DNA of 64,000 nucleotides from Candidatus Adlerbacteria bacterium (GTDB taxonomy: Bacteria; Patescibacteriota; Minisyncoccia; Phycocordibacterales; SBAW01): NCBI GenBank assembly GCA_029288895.1, contig JARIGK010000003.1:13868-77867 (forward strand). Direction: 5' to 3'. Below, one piece after another: positions 13,293 to 22,424 of this stretch; position 1 is the stretch's first letter, and every line of letters starts with the position of its first letter. Position numbers and translations under genes: made by a program. Under the pieces are notes generated by a model, which saw only the letters and a program-made list of their open reading frames with translations, was not told the DNA's origin and did not search any database.

Positions 13293-13354
13293 GGCTATTC
13301 TACCCGGCAGGCCCCATGGGTGCAAAGGTGGATAAAAATAAGCCTACTCAAAAG

Positions 13355-13492
13355 AGTAGGCGGGGACGGGGCGGGGAATGAAGGGGAGACAGGAGGGGGA
13401 ATTGGAGTGGAAGTTGTGAGAAGAACGACGAGGGCGAAGAAAGTGAAAGAAAGAATGGGAAGAAATGAGAAAGAAGAAAGTAGCGAAGAGTA
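13355..13492. repeat. Low-complexity purine (GA)-rich tract in an intergenic region
   Basis: About 140 nt at more than 90 percent purine on the plus strand (GGGGCGGGGAATGAAGGGGAGACAGGAGGGGGAATTGGAGTGGAAG...GAAAGAAAGAATGGGAAGAAATGAGAAAGAAGAAAG). It lies upstream of the regulator gene on the minus strand. Confidence 0.6.
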
Positions 13493-13664
13493 CGGTACAG
13501 AGTGGGTTGCAAAGCCAGTCTGTAGAAATGTCCGTACGGTCGCTCTTTGATCTATTTCAAGATTGCCCGGTCCATCTATAAAAACTCGCCTCGAAGAGAA
13601 AAGGTTTCTCTCCCCTAACCTCCCCAGATAGTTATCCACACCCACAAAAAAGAAAACGGCTGTC

Positions 13665-13859
13665 TTACGACAGCCGCGCACACCTCATCTTCCAGAGTTC
13701 CCAACCCATATTGGCGATAAGAACGAACGGGCTAAGAACCAGAAGGGCCAACGCTGCGAAGAATGCAAGCATCCCCTTCTCGTGTGGAAGTGCGCAGGCC
13801 AGGACCAGCAACACAACCATAACGATAGCCATCAGCAAGACAAAATCCCAAAATTTCAT
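13665..13859 (-). CDS. Small hydrophobic membrane protein (about 64 aa)
   Basis: MKFWDFVLLMAIVMVVLLVLACALP...: two TM helices. The start is chosen to clear the rplL terminator. Confidence 0.3.
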   Translation of the reverse strand: MKFWDFVLLMAIVMVVLLVLACALPHEKGMLAFFAALALLVLSPFVLIANMGWELWKMRCARLS

Positions 13860-13912
13860 GACGGAAATCCTCCAAAGCCCAACCTCATGCATCGTATAGC
13901 AAAACAAAAAAT

Positions 13913-13941
13913 CCGCCAGAGGCGGAGATTTTGCGAACGAG
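13913..13941 (-). terminator. Rho-independent terminator after rplL
   Basis: Minus strand reads AATCTCCGCCTCTGGCGGATTTTTTGTTTTG (stem TCCGCC/GGCGGA plus T-run). Confidence 0.7.
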
Positions 13942-13952
13942 AGTTCTGGAGA

Positions 13953-14315
13953 TTACTTCAACTCGACTTTGCCGCCGGCTGCTTCCACAGCTGCCTTGAG
14001 CTTGTCTGCATCCTCCTTCTTCATGCCCTCCTTGAGCATAGCCGGGGCTGCATCGACGAGGTCCTTTGCTTCTTTGAGTCCAAGGCCAAGCGCATCCTTC
14101 ACTGCCTTGATGACAGCAACCTTCTGCGCACCTGCGTCTGCAAGCTGGACGTTGAACGAAGACTTCTCTTCTGCTGCCTCGCCACCTGCTGCTGGGCCTG
14201 CAACTGCAACTGCTGCTGCAGAAACACCCCACTTCTCTTCGATTGCCTTCACGAGCGTGTTGAGCTCGAGAACCGACATCTTCTCTACTGCTTCGATGAT
14301 TTGATCCTGATTCAT
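13953..14315 (-). CDS. rplL: 50S ribosomal protein L7/L12
   Basis: 120 aa. [79 protein letters not shown] is unmistakable L7/L12. Confidence 0.95.
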   Translation of the reverse strand: MNQDQIIEAVEKMSVLELNTLVKAIEEKWGVSAAAVAVAGPAAGGEAAEEKSSFNVQLADAGAQKVAVIKAVKDALGLGLKEAKDLVDAAPAMLKEGMKKEDADKLKAAVEAAGGKVELK

Positions 14316-14328
14316 AAATTTTAATTAA

Positions 14329-14979
14329 TTAGCTAGTTTGTTCTGTTGATTCCGCTGCCGGAGCCTCTGCCACTTCAGCTGGGGCTTCTACCGCTTCTGC
14401 TGGAGCCGGAGCTTCAGCTTCTGCTGCTGGCGCAACTTCCTCAGCTGGCGCTGCAGCTTCCACAGCCGGAGCCGGAGCAGGTGCTGCTTCTGGAGCAGGA
14501 CCCTTCTTTGCCACTTCGCTCAGCACTACTGCAAAGCGCTGGCGCGGAGAGTTGATAACCTGCGCAAACATTGCGCGAAGTGTATCGAGCCCTGGGATAG
14601 CTGCGATTGCTTTGATTTCAGTTGCATCAACAAATTTGCCGCCGAACACGCCGCCTGCAAATGCAAGGTGGTCTGCAAACTTCTTAATGAAGACTGCCAA
14701 CTCGCGTGCCGGAGCGATCTCATCCTTTGCGTACGCAACTGCGATCTCGCCTTCAAGTTCAGGCATGGTGCCTTCAAACTTGGTGCCAAGTGCGCGGCGC
14801 ATCAAGGTCTTCTTAGCTACGGTGTAGCCAACCTCCGCCTTGCGGAGCACCTTGCGCATTTCGTTTTGTTCTTCGACCGTAAGGCCTTTGAACTTTGCAA
14901 AGACGAGCGTCGAGGAATCTTTGATGATCCCCTCCACCTTGTCGATGATTTCCGCTTTCTTTTGTTTTGTAATTGCCAT
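14329..14979 (-). CDS. rplJ: 50S ribosomal protein L10 with a roughly 50-aa Ala/Pro/Glu-rich C-terminal extension
   Basis: 216 aa. The N-terminal 165 aa are L10-like (MAITKQKKAEIIDKVEGIIKDSSTLVFAKFKGLTVEEQNEMRKVLRK...). The tail is APAPAPAVEAAAPAEEVAPAAEAEAPAPAEAVEAPAEVAEAPAAESTEQTS. The gene lies immediately upstream of rplL. Confidence 0.9.
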   Translation of the reverse strand: MAITKQKKAEIIDKVEGIIKDSSTLVFAKFKGLTVEEQNEMRKVLRKAEVGYTVAKKTLMRRALGTKFEGTMPELEGEIAVAYAKDEIAPARELAVFIKKFADHLAFAGGVFGGKFVDATEIKAIAAIPGLDTLRAMFAQVINSPRQRFAVVLSEVAKKGPAPEAAPAPAPAVEAAAPAEEVAPAAEAEAPAPAEAVEAPAEVAEAPAAESTEQTS

Positions 14980-15141
14980 TTTTGAGAAACACGGGCATAA
15001 AATACCCGCTTATTTATTCATCAAAATTCTAAAGGAATTTTGATACTAAGGGCTTGGGAGAATCGACCTACCTCGGCCGGATGCTTTCGCAATTAACGCG
15101 CGTGTGCGCTACCGACTGTCTCTGGCCCTATGGGAATGAGA
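14980..15141 (-). promoter_or_regulatory. rplJ 5' leader, a candidate L10 autoregulatory leader
   Basis: About 160 nt untranslated region upstream of rplJ, where the L10(L12)4-binding leader is found in most bacteria. The structure was not verified. Confidence 0.35.
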
Positions 15142-15278
15142 TTACTGTGGTTGTGCGACGTTGTCAACTGGCGCGGGTACGTCCTTGGCAGCAAATAAGA
15201 TCACCAAAAACGCGGCGATGATAATCACCAAAAACGCGCACACAAAGGTATAGAAGTCTTTCGTAAGGAAGCGCTTCA

Positions 15279-15962
15279 TTACTGCAAGTGGTCGAGCGCG
15301 TACTGTAAATCAGTGTTGCCCGGGTTTGCTTTAAGGCCCGCCTCAAGCGTCGCCTGCGCTGCTGCCTTGTCGTGCATATTGATGTCCTGATACGTCGCCA
15401 AGTTTATGTAGAGACCAATATTTTTTGCATCAAGCGGGAGTGCCTTCTGCCAATACTCTACCCCAAGCGCCGCCTCGTGCATGTAGTTTGCGTAGAGGTC
15501 ACCCAAATTTTCGAAGGCAATCGGGTCATTCGGCCAGCGCTTCGTAACATAGATCCATACTTCTGCAGCGCCACTAAAATCATTTGCGCCTTTGCGGAGC
15601 TGTGCCAACTGCAACCAATAGGCGATGCCGTTCGGGTCAATCTTCAACTGTTGCACGGCTGTCGCGTACAATTTTTTATTATTGTCCTGCACACTTTGCG
15701 GCAATGTCGAAAGCGGTTTGTATGGGCGGTTCAAGTCAGGCTTTTGCAAGGTCGACTGGTCGGGCACAGCACTTCCTACTGACGAGTTAGGGCCTGCGTT
15801 CCCTCCCCCAGACGCCGATGTTGTTGAGGTTGTCGTTGCTGTGCTGTTCGAGACGCTCGGCGCGCTCGCTTTGTGATGCGCTGCAAAATACCAGCCCAAC
15901 GCTGCAATGACTACTACTGCGGCGGCAACAATGCCGTACCATTTCTGTGCTTTTGGATCCAT
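15279..15962 (-). CDS. TPR-repeat protein, membrane-anchored, with a Ser/Thr-rich linker
   Basis: 227 aa with an N-terminal TM helix and a TSTTSASGGG linker. The C-terminal region has TPR-like repeats (WLQLAQLRKGANDFSGAAEVW...ENLGDLYANYMHEAALGVEYWQKALPLD). Confidence 0.65.
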   Translation of the reverse strand: MDPKAQKWYGIVAAAVVVIAALGWYFAAHHKASAPSVSNSTATTTSTTSASGGGNAGPNSSVGSAVPDQSTLQKPDLNRPYKPLSTLPQSVQDNNKKLYATAVQQLKIDPNGIAYWLQLAQLRKGANDFSGAAEVWIYVTKRWPNDPIAFENLGDLYANYMHEAALGVEYWQKALPLDAKNIGLYINLATYQDINMHDKAAAQATLEAGLKANPGNTDLQYALDHLQ

Positions 15963-16083
15963 ACCCCTATTCTACTACCGCGGGATGAGCTCATCAAACC
16001 ATAGATAAGTATTGTCTGCATTAGATACGGTACGATTTTTGATGGATAATTCAATAGAAAATTGTGAACATTTAGGGCTTCCC

Positions 16084-16446
16084 CTATTTCTGTGGTTTTT
16101 CAGGCGGCTTCGGTCCCTTATTTGCGCCTCCACCAGCAGATGAATCTTGAGGAGGGTCTTGCAGATCACTTGGCTGTATTGGACTTTGTACATTTGGCGG
16201 AGTCCAAGAAGCCGCTATAGGGCCAAACACACTTTCGTAGTTTGCTATTTGATGCGCAAGAATCATTGATAAACGCTTTGCGTGTTGCGGTGTCATGACG
16301 AATGATTCAGGCATTTCTCCAAAATAAAAACCAAAGACAATACTGCCTTCCGCTATTAAAGTACGTGTGTCATCAATGAATCTCTTAGTGGCTTTTAGAA
16401 TTTTATCGTTCTCTTGTTTATTTTTTTCTATTTCTTCTGGAGTCAT
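16084..16446 (-). CDS. Hypothetical protein with a Pro/Gln-rich C-terminus
   Basis: 120-aa ORF in the low-GC island. No recognisable domain. Confidence 0.4.
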   Translation of the reverse strand: MTPEEIEKNKQENDKILKATKRFIDDTRTLIAEGSIVFGFYFGEMPESFVMTPQHAKRLSMILAHQIANYESVFGPIAASWTPPNVQSPIQPSDLQDPPQDSSAGGGANKGPKPPEKPQK

Positions 16447-16587
16447 AATTATTTTCTTAGTCCTAGTAGCGAGACCTGCACGGGTAAATAAAAAGCCCCC
16501 ATGGGGCTTTTTATCCTAACTTAGTTAGGGGTTTCTACGCTTTTTACCATGTAATAACTTTTTGTGATTACTGATAATACTGCAGCG

Positions 16588-17205
16588 CTATTGTACCACA
16601 GCGGGGGTAGAACCATGTTGGGCAAAGAGATATATGGTTGCGAGTATAAATAATATCGTTATGGCAAGAGCTAAAAATATAGTTTGTAATTTCCAAGGCC
16701 ACTGAGGTGCCGGAACCGTGTTCCCTCGTTCAAGCCCGCTACCTTCATGATACGCATGAGCTTCTTCAAAGGTGGTCTCTCGACGAGCCGCTTTGTCCCA
16801 TTTTTTAAATCGGATAATACGTTGACGCAACATTGCATCCCAGAAATCTTCATTCACCTTGAGGTAAAAAAGTCCGAAGGCGAGAGAGATTGCAAGTGAC
16901 GACATGCTTACTGCGAATGCAAGTTTGAGCGTGAAGATACCATCCGCATTGAATTTGACTAGCTTGTCTGGAGTAAAATTATCTAGAAATAAACTTCCGA
17001 ACGCAAAAATTATTGTTGCAATCTGCACTTGGAGACGTATATACTCATCCGCGATTGAAGCGCTGCGTTGCTCTGCCCACAAGGCGTTTGCCTGGATAGA
17101 ATCGCGCATATCACGTGCCTCTTGGAGCTTCTCGTCGGCAGACATTTCAGGAGAACGTTTTTGCAGTTCATTATCGAGCAAATCCCGCACTTCTTGTTCA
17201 GTCAT
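16588..17205 (-). CDS. Hypothetical membrane protein with an N-terminal charged/coiled region and three hydrophobic segments
   Basis: 205-aa ORF in the low-GC island. The N-terminus is rich in E/R/D/Q; hydrophobic segments lie around residues 65-80, 95-115 and 180-200. Confidence 0.45.
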   Translation of the reverse strand: MTEQEVRDLLDNELQKRSPEMSADEKLQEARDMRDSIQANALWAEQRSASIADEYIRLQVQIATIIFAFGSLFLDNFTPDKLVKFNADGIFTLKLAFAVSMSSLAISLAFGLFYLKVNEDFWDAMLRQRIIRFKKWDKAARRETTFEEAHAYHEGSGLERGNTVPAPQWPWKLQTIFLALAITILFILATIYLFAQHGSTPAVVQ

Positions 17206-17258
17206 GGCCCAAGTATACTGCTGACTAAATTCTTCACAATAGTGACAAAAGACTCCAA

Positions 17259-17471
17259 TTAAAGGCTATTATCGTGGAACCAGGCAAGTAGCTCTTGTAG
17301 GTTTTGTCTATATTCAACTAGCTCGGAGCCTTGTTTGACTGACACACTCCCCCTTTCTTTGGACATATAAAACTCTAGCCGCATGCATTCATCATATGTA
17401 CGAGTATATGCCTCATCAAAACTTAAACTTTTTATGACTGAAACGAAGCGTTCAAAATTAAAATTATTCAT
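17259..17471 (-). CDS. Small hypothetical protein
   Basis: 70-aa ORF in the low-GC island, on the same strand as its neighbours. Confidence 0.35.
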   Translation of the reverse strand: MNNFNFERFVSVIKSLSFDEAYTRTYDECMRLEFYMSKERGSVSVKQGSELVEYRQNLQELLAWFHDNSL

Positions 17472-17597
17472 TAAACAGATATAACAATGGCGTCATCAAA
17501 TCCTGATAAAACCAAAATCAGACATATATAGAAAACACAAAAGCCCCTCCGTGAGGAGGGGCTTTTGTTGGATTAACTCCAGCGAACGTTTGTCGAA

Positions 17598-20500
17598 TTA
17601 CTTCGAGATAACGTTTGCGAAGCAGTCCTGACCGAGGCCAGCAGTTGCGAAGCAGCCGCCGAGGCCGTAGCCGTTAGTCCAGTCAGCCATGGTACCAGTA
17701 CCGACAACCGCAGTGGTGGTCGATTCAGGAGACCAGATGATGTTGCTTGCCTGGAGCGCAGTAGTGGTGGTTGCACCAACTGCTACTGCTGAGGTGTCAG
17801 CCTTGAGTGCTACCGAGACTGAACCCGTCGAGTTGCTGCCGTTCAAAGCGACAGTACCGCGGAGGGTGTAGGTCTTAGTAGTACCTGCTGCAACAACCGC
17901 ATCCGACGTGTTCGAACCATTGTCGAAGTAGACGGTGAGGAGGTTGCTGCTGGTTGCAAGGGATGTCGAAGCGACGTTGCCGTTAGGACCAGTGAAGGTC
18001 GGGCTCGACAAAGTTGCGTTCGAGAGGTTGAAGGTGAAGGTGAGCTTGTTCAAGGTCACATCGCCCTTCGAGTCTGCAGCAACAGTGAGGCTCAAGAGAA
18101 CCTGGTTACCGTTGACTGCGGTTGCACCTGCAGTGCTGTAGGTGAAGGTCGGGAATGATTTCACGATCTTAGCACCCTTAACTGCAGTGTCAGCTGAGCT
18201 CGGCTGAACGTTCTGGCCAGACGAGACGCCGACGCCGTAAGTACCGTTGGTACCAGTGACGTTGTTGCCATCGTAGTCGACCTTGACCGTATCACCCGAA
18301 ACCGTAATCGGACCGTTCACATTGATCGAAGCAATGTCACCCTTGATAACAAGGACGCGATTGCCGTTGACCGGGATGCGGAACGCACCCGATGCGATTG
18401 CTGACGAAGTTGCGTAGCTACCCGAAGCGAAGACTGCTGTACCAACCTGAGTGTTGGTCGTAGCATCCCACAACGTGACCTGGTTGTTTACGAGGTCGTA
18501 GTTGTTGCCTGAAGAGAGCTGGAGCGCAACCTGGCGCAAGTCGATAGCTTCGTTAGTGCCAGAGAAGTTGATGTGACCGAGGTCAACACCAGTTGCGCCG
18601 GCAGAAACTACGCTGTACGACGGAGTGCCTGAATCAACTGCGACCGACATGGTGCCGCCGGATGCCGAAGCAGCCATAGCAGGACCAGTCGAGCTGTTGA
18701 AGACTGCCGAAACAGTTGAACCGCTGGTTACACCCGATGCGCCAGTGTAGCCCGAGCCAGTGCCCAAGCCGAACTGGATAGTGTTTCCAGCACCCGAACG
18801 GAGGTCACATTCAACCGAGACCGTGACCGACGTACCCTTCGGAATGACGATGCCACCGCTGTTGAGCGTGAAGCTAAGGTCAGACGCAGAAGCGTTCGAC
18901 GAAGACGGGTTGACGATGTGCTGGTTCGAGATCGAAGTAGAACCGTTGTAGACCTGGCAGTTCGTTACATTGTTTGCAACTGAAGTACCGCCTGTGTAGG
19001 TGTACTTGATCGGGAGGGTCGTCACGCGGACGTCTTCACCCGAGTTCGTTGCATCGAGAACGATGTTTGCGAACGTGAACTGGTTGACACCAGAGATGAC
19101 AGTCTGTGCGATCGGAGTTGCCGAGACAGAGAGAGTCAACGCCTGTGCCTTCACAGTCATGAGTGCGCTTGCAAGGTTGCCAACAGTGTACGAGATCGTC
19201 TTACCAGTGTTCTGACCGACGATGTTCGAGATCGTATCAGTCTGAACCTTGATGGTGTCGTTGCTCTTGAAGCTGGTCGAAAGCTTGCCCTTGAGGAAGA
19301 GCTGAGTCGTACCAACTGGGAGAGTGACGCTGTCAGTGAAGGTCAAAACACCTGCTGATGCATCAACTGGACCTGCAAGCACGTGGCCTGCCTGGTCAAC
19401 GAGTTTAACGTTCGATACCCAAGTTGAGTCAATCCAAGTCTTACCAGAGAAGGTTGAGCTGCCGAGGTCGAAGACCATGCGGCCAATAGTCAACGGCTCG
19501 CCCTGGATCTGAACCTGGTAGCCACCGAGGACCTGGTCCATGGTGTTGAGAGCAACGTTCGATGCAGTTACAGCGTTCGTAGTCGAGACAGTGATAGTAC
19601 CTGCCTGAACTGAAACCTGGTAACCAGTGTAGTACGGATCATCAGTGCTGTTGATCACGCCTGCAGTGTTAGAACCGCTGACGTTGAACGACGGAAGGAT
19701 GCCGTAGCCGTACTGTGCACCAACAACGTTGATGTCAGAAGACTTCTGTACATCGAACTCGACGGTGGTGTTAGAGCCATTGGTGATATCACCCTGGATA
19801 GCAACATCCTTCGAGAAGCCTTTCTGGATCAAGATGCCCTGACCCGGGAAGACAGTCGAGTAGTAGTTGTCTGACGTAACAGTTACCGGGTACGAAGTAC
19901 CATCGACAACAGTTGCGACGTTAGCAAGGTAGCTCTGCGAGACCGAGCCAACCTGGTGCCAGCGGATCGACTTGAGGTACGTGTCTTCCGAAGAACCTGC
20001 CGTGAGGCGGACCGACGAGAAGATGTACGAAGTCTGGCCGACGTTTTCCTGGTTTGCTGAGCCTGGGTCATTGCTGCCCTTAGCTGCAGTGATCGAACCG
20101 ATGAGGTTCGATGCCTCGTTGATCGTCATGCTTGCGCCTGAGATCGGGAGGGAACCGCTCGTGACAGCTGCCGAAGAGTTAACTGCGACAACTGCGAACG
20201 TTGCGATCTGACCTGCGTAGGTTGAAGTGTTTGCACGATTTGCCGCGACCGTGAAGGTCATCGACGTACCGTTCGGGATCGTGACTGCTGAACCAACTAC
20301 CGCCTGGTGGTTGCTGTTCAAAGTCTTAGAGATACCGATCTGGGTGCCGTTCTGGTCCAAGAGCATCACGCCTGAAAACGCTGCGTCTGCCGCAATACCC
20401 TGGCGCTGGACGGTAACGTTGTTGAGGACTACATCGCCGCCAGAAGCGGTGACGGTGAACTTGGTGAACGGAACGCGAGCTGCATTGTTCGGAGCAAGGC

Positions 20501-21101
20501 CGTTTGCAGGCTGTGCTGCTGCCGAAACCATTGCAGTGCCGGTGCCAGTCGTAGTAGTGGTAGTGCCACCAGTGGTGGTCGTGGTGGTCGAGCCGCCGCA
20601 GAGCGAGTTAAGCTTTGCGCGAGTCAATGCACCGACGAAGCCAGAAACCGGAGAGATACCGTACTTGGTCTGGAACTTCATGACTGCTGCTTTCGTAGCA
20701 GGACCGAAGGTCGAAGTTTCCATACCAGCTGAACCAGCGCCAGATGCTGCAACCATAGTGCTTGAATCACTGTTCAAGAGCTTCTGGAGAGCCATAACCT
20801 GTGCACTCTTTGAACCAACCTGCATATCTGCAGTGAAGGTTGCCGCGCAAGAACCGCCAGTAGTAGTGGTGGTGCCGCCGGTTGAAGCCGGAGCAGAACC
20901 AGTGAGCGATGCCTGAACGTTTGCAATCGTCGCTGAATCAGCACCAAAGGACTGGAGCAACGAGATGATTGCGCTGACCTGCGAAGAGGTCAATGCCGCT
21001 GCGTGAGCAGGTGCTGCAATTGCGCCGAACATAAGTCCGAGAGCAACGACTGCGCCGCCGACGTACGCGACGAAACGAGATGAACTCTGAGTAATAGTCA
21101 T
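17598..21101 (-). CDS. Giant cell-surface protein (1167 aa): signal/TM anchor, two peptidoglycan-binding-like domains, Thr/Gly-rich linkers, and a long beta-rich Ser/Thr/Val/Asn-rich region
   Basis: N-terminal MTITQSSSRFVAYVGGAVVALGLMFGAIAAPAHA. Two PG_binding_1-like units are present (SQVSAIISLLQSFGADSATIANVQASLTG and SAQVMALQKLLNS...FGPATKAAVMKFQTKYGISPVSGFVGALTRAKLNSL). TTTTTGGTTTTTTGTGT linkers follow, and the remainder is of S-layer/adhesin-like composition. Confidence 0.85.
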   Translation of the reverse strand: MTITQSSSRFVAYVGGAVVALGLMFGAIAAPAHAAALTSSQVSAIISLLQSFGADSATIANVQASLTGSAPASTGGTTTTTGGSCAATFTADMQVGSKSAQVMALQKLLNSDSSTMVAASGAGSAGMETSTFGPATKAAVMKFQTKYGISPVSGFVGALTRAKLNSLCGGSTTTTTTGGTTTTTTGTGTAMVSAAAQPANGLAPNNAARVPFTKFTVTASGGDVVLNNVTVQRQGIAADAAFSGVMLLDQNGTQIGISKTLNSNHQAVVGSAVTIPNGTSMTFTVAANRANTSTYAGQIATFAVVAVNSSAAVTSGSLPISGASMTINEASNLIGSITAAKGSNDPGSANQENVGQTSYIFSSVRLTAGSSEDTYLKSIRWHQVGSVSQSYLANVATVVDGTSYPVTVTSDNYYSTVFPGQGILIQKGFSKDVAIQGDITNGSNTTVEFDVQKSSDINVVGAQYGYGILPSFNVSGSNTAGVINSTDDPYYTGYQVSVQAGTITVSTTNAVTASNVALNTMDQVLGGYQVQIQGEPLTIGRMVFDLGSSTFSGKTWIDSTWVSNVKLVDQAGHVLAGPVDASAGVLTFTDSVTLPVGTTQLFLKGKLSTSFKSNDTIKVQTDTISNIVGQNTGKTISYTVGNLASALMTVKAQALTLSVSATPIAQTVISGVNQFTFANIVLDATNSGEDVRVTTLPIKYTYTGGTSVANNVTNCQVYNGSTSISNQHIVNPSSSNASASDLSFTLNSGGIVIPKGTSVTVSVECDLRSGAGNTIQFGLGTGSGYTGASGVTSGSTVSAVFNSSTGPAMAASASGGTMSVAVDSGTPSYSVVSAGATGVDLGHINFSGTNEAIDLRQVALQLSSGNNYDLVNNQVTLWDATTNTQVGTAVFASGSYATSSAIASGAFRIPVNGNRVLVIKGDIASINVNGPITVSGDTVKVDYDGNNVTGTNGTYGVGVSSGQNVQPSSADTAVKGAKIVKSFPTFTYSTAGATAVNGNQVLLSLTVAADSKGDVTLNKLTFTFNLSNATLSSPTFTGPNGNVASTSLATSSNLLTVYFDNGSNTSDAVVAAGTTKTYTLRGTVALNGSNSTGSVSVALKADTSAVAVGATTTTALQASNIIWSPESTTTAVVGTGTMADWTNGYGLGGCFATAGLGQDCFANVISK

Positions 21102-21519
21102 AATAACTAACTAAGCGAACAAATAATAATTACTTGTAATCAATGGATAAAAGAAACCGGAACGAAAACTGCGTGAACAAAACATCTACCCGCTCACTAC
21201 ATAAATAGTGAACGATTGGTAGCAAGAGTGGGTGTGGGATGTGCAGCCATATCTATCGTGAAGGAATTAGGAATGTCAGAGCAGAGCGCTCTTATACAGA
21301 CGCGCCGTGCATGCGGAACTTACCGCGTTTTCTACCTGTTCTATTTTGTTGTCAACGAGCGTTCCTTTCAGTGCGTCAGTACACAGGCTGTAGACGGCCG
21401 TTCAGTCGCTACAAACAAGTATATGTTCCCTGGGCACAGAACTCAAAAATACCCTGTGGACAACAGCACAAATGCCCCTTTCGGGGTTTCCATGGGTATC
21501 CTTGGGGTACTCAAAAATT

Positions 21520-21555
21520 ACACCTTATATATGGAGCGGTCAACCAGCCCCACTT
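21520..21555 (-). promoter_or_regulatory. Candidate sigma-70-type promoter for the giant surface-protein gene, implying a 5' UTR of about 420 nt
   Basis: Minus strand reads TTGACCgctccatatataaggtgTAATTT (-35 TTGACC, 17-nt spacer, -10 TAATTT) inside the 460-nt intergenic region. Confidence 0.3.
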
Positions 21556-21563
21556 GACAGGTT

Positions 21564-22289
21564 CTAAAGGGGTATGTACACGCTCCAACGGCGCTCCCCA
21601 ACCTTTTTGATGAGCCCCTCCTCTATAAGGAGTGCGAGCTCACGTTGGATGGTTTTTTCGCTGCAGTCTTTAATAACCGCGGCAATATCCTTAATAGAAG
21701 ACTCTTTGTTTGCACGTACAAATGCGAGAATTTTAGACGTCCGATCGCTATGTCCTTGACCAGATTCTTTAGGACGTCCTTTTGATTGTCCTTTATCAGT
21801 ATGTCCTTGAGAATTGCTCCGTGCTGACGGGAGTGCCCCAAGAGAAGAGGCTTGGGGCAATTCGCCTACCTCGACTTCAGGTACTGAAAAGTCACCGAGC
21901 CCAGCAAATGGTGAGGGGTGTACACTCGCTGAAAATCGCTCCGCGAGCATCTCATATTCGTTCGATATAATGGCTCCATTTTCCTGTTCGAGGAAGCCGC
22001 CCGTAGTTGCCAAACGCACCTTCGAAAGGAGTGAAAAAATATCTGCAACGACGACCGCAGCGTCGACTTCGCCGGCAGCAAAATGCGCAAACGTGTGTGG
22101 GAGGTCGGCCGCCGCTGTGACAAGTTTAAAGGCCATGTCGCGTTCTTTAACCTCTGCGCGCTCGGCCAAAATGGAGAGAACGTGCGCAATTTTTTCTGCC
22201 TTTAAGTAACAAAAATACCAATCGCTTCGTCCTTTAAAAAGGATTGATTGTAAAGCAAACTCGTGGAATTTTTTTTCTATATCAGACAC
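21564..22289 (-). CDS. Hypothetical protein with a C-terminal winged-helix (DeoR/HTH-like) domain
   Basis: 241 aa. The C-terminus ILAFVRANKESSIKDIAAVIKDCSEKTIQRELALLIEEGLIKKVGERRWSVY looks like a wHTH. A Ser/Gly-rich linker is present. Confidence 0.5.
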   Translation of the reverse strand: MSDIEKKFHEFALQSILFKGRSDWYFCYLKAEKIAHVLSILAERAEVKERDMAFKLVTAAADLPHTFAHFAAGEVDAAVVVADIFSLLSKVRLATTGGFLEQENGAIISNEYEMLAERFSASVHPSPFAGLGDFSVPEVEVGELPQASSLGALPSARSNSQGHTDKGQSKGRPKESGQGHSDRTSKILAFVRANKESSIKDIAAVIKDCSEKTIQRELALLIEEGLIKKVGERRWSVYIPL

Positions 22290-22424
22290 GATTTTGTCTT
22301 ATACAAGTCCTTTATTGTCCCTTTGATTTCTCAAAGTCATTAAGGCCACTCGTGTCTTTGAGTATACTCCCGTGGATTTTAAACGCAAAAATACGCTGAA
22401 AGATGATATTATGTACGCATATCT

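Noticed and set aside
13287-13681. Two low-complexity ORFs (plus 13287..13550, minus 13295..13681) across the GA-rich tract
   Set aside because: The translations are poly-Gly/Glu/Lys or poly-Ser/Pro/Leu strings produced by the homopurine tract. The region is treated as non-coding.
14346-14555. 69-aa Leu/Pro/Gln-rich plus-strand ORF
   Set aside because: It is an antisense artefact of the repetitive Ala/Pro/Glu-coding tail of rplJ.
20227-20916. 229-aa plus-strand ORF and several 60-80-aa ORFs inside 17598..21101
   Set aside because: They are antisense to the giant surface-protein gene, and the repetitive Val/Pro-rich translation mirrors the Thr/Gly-rich sense frame.
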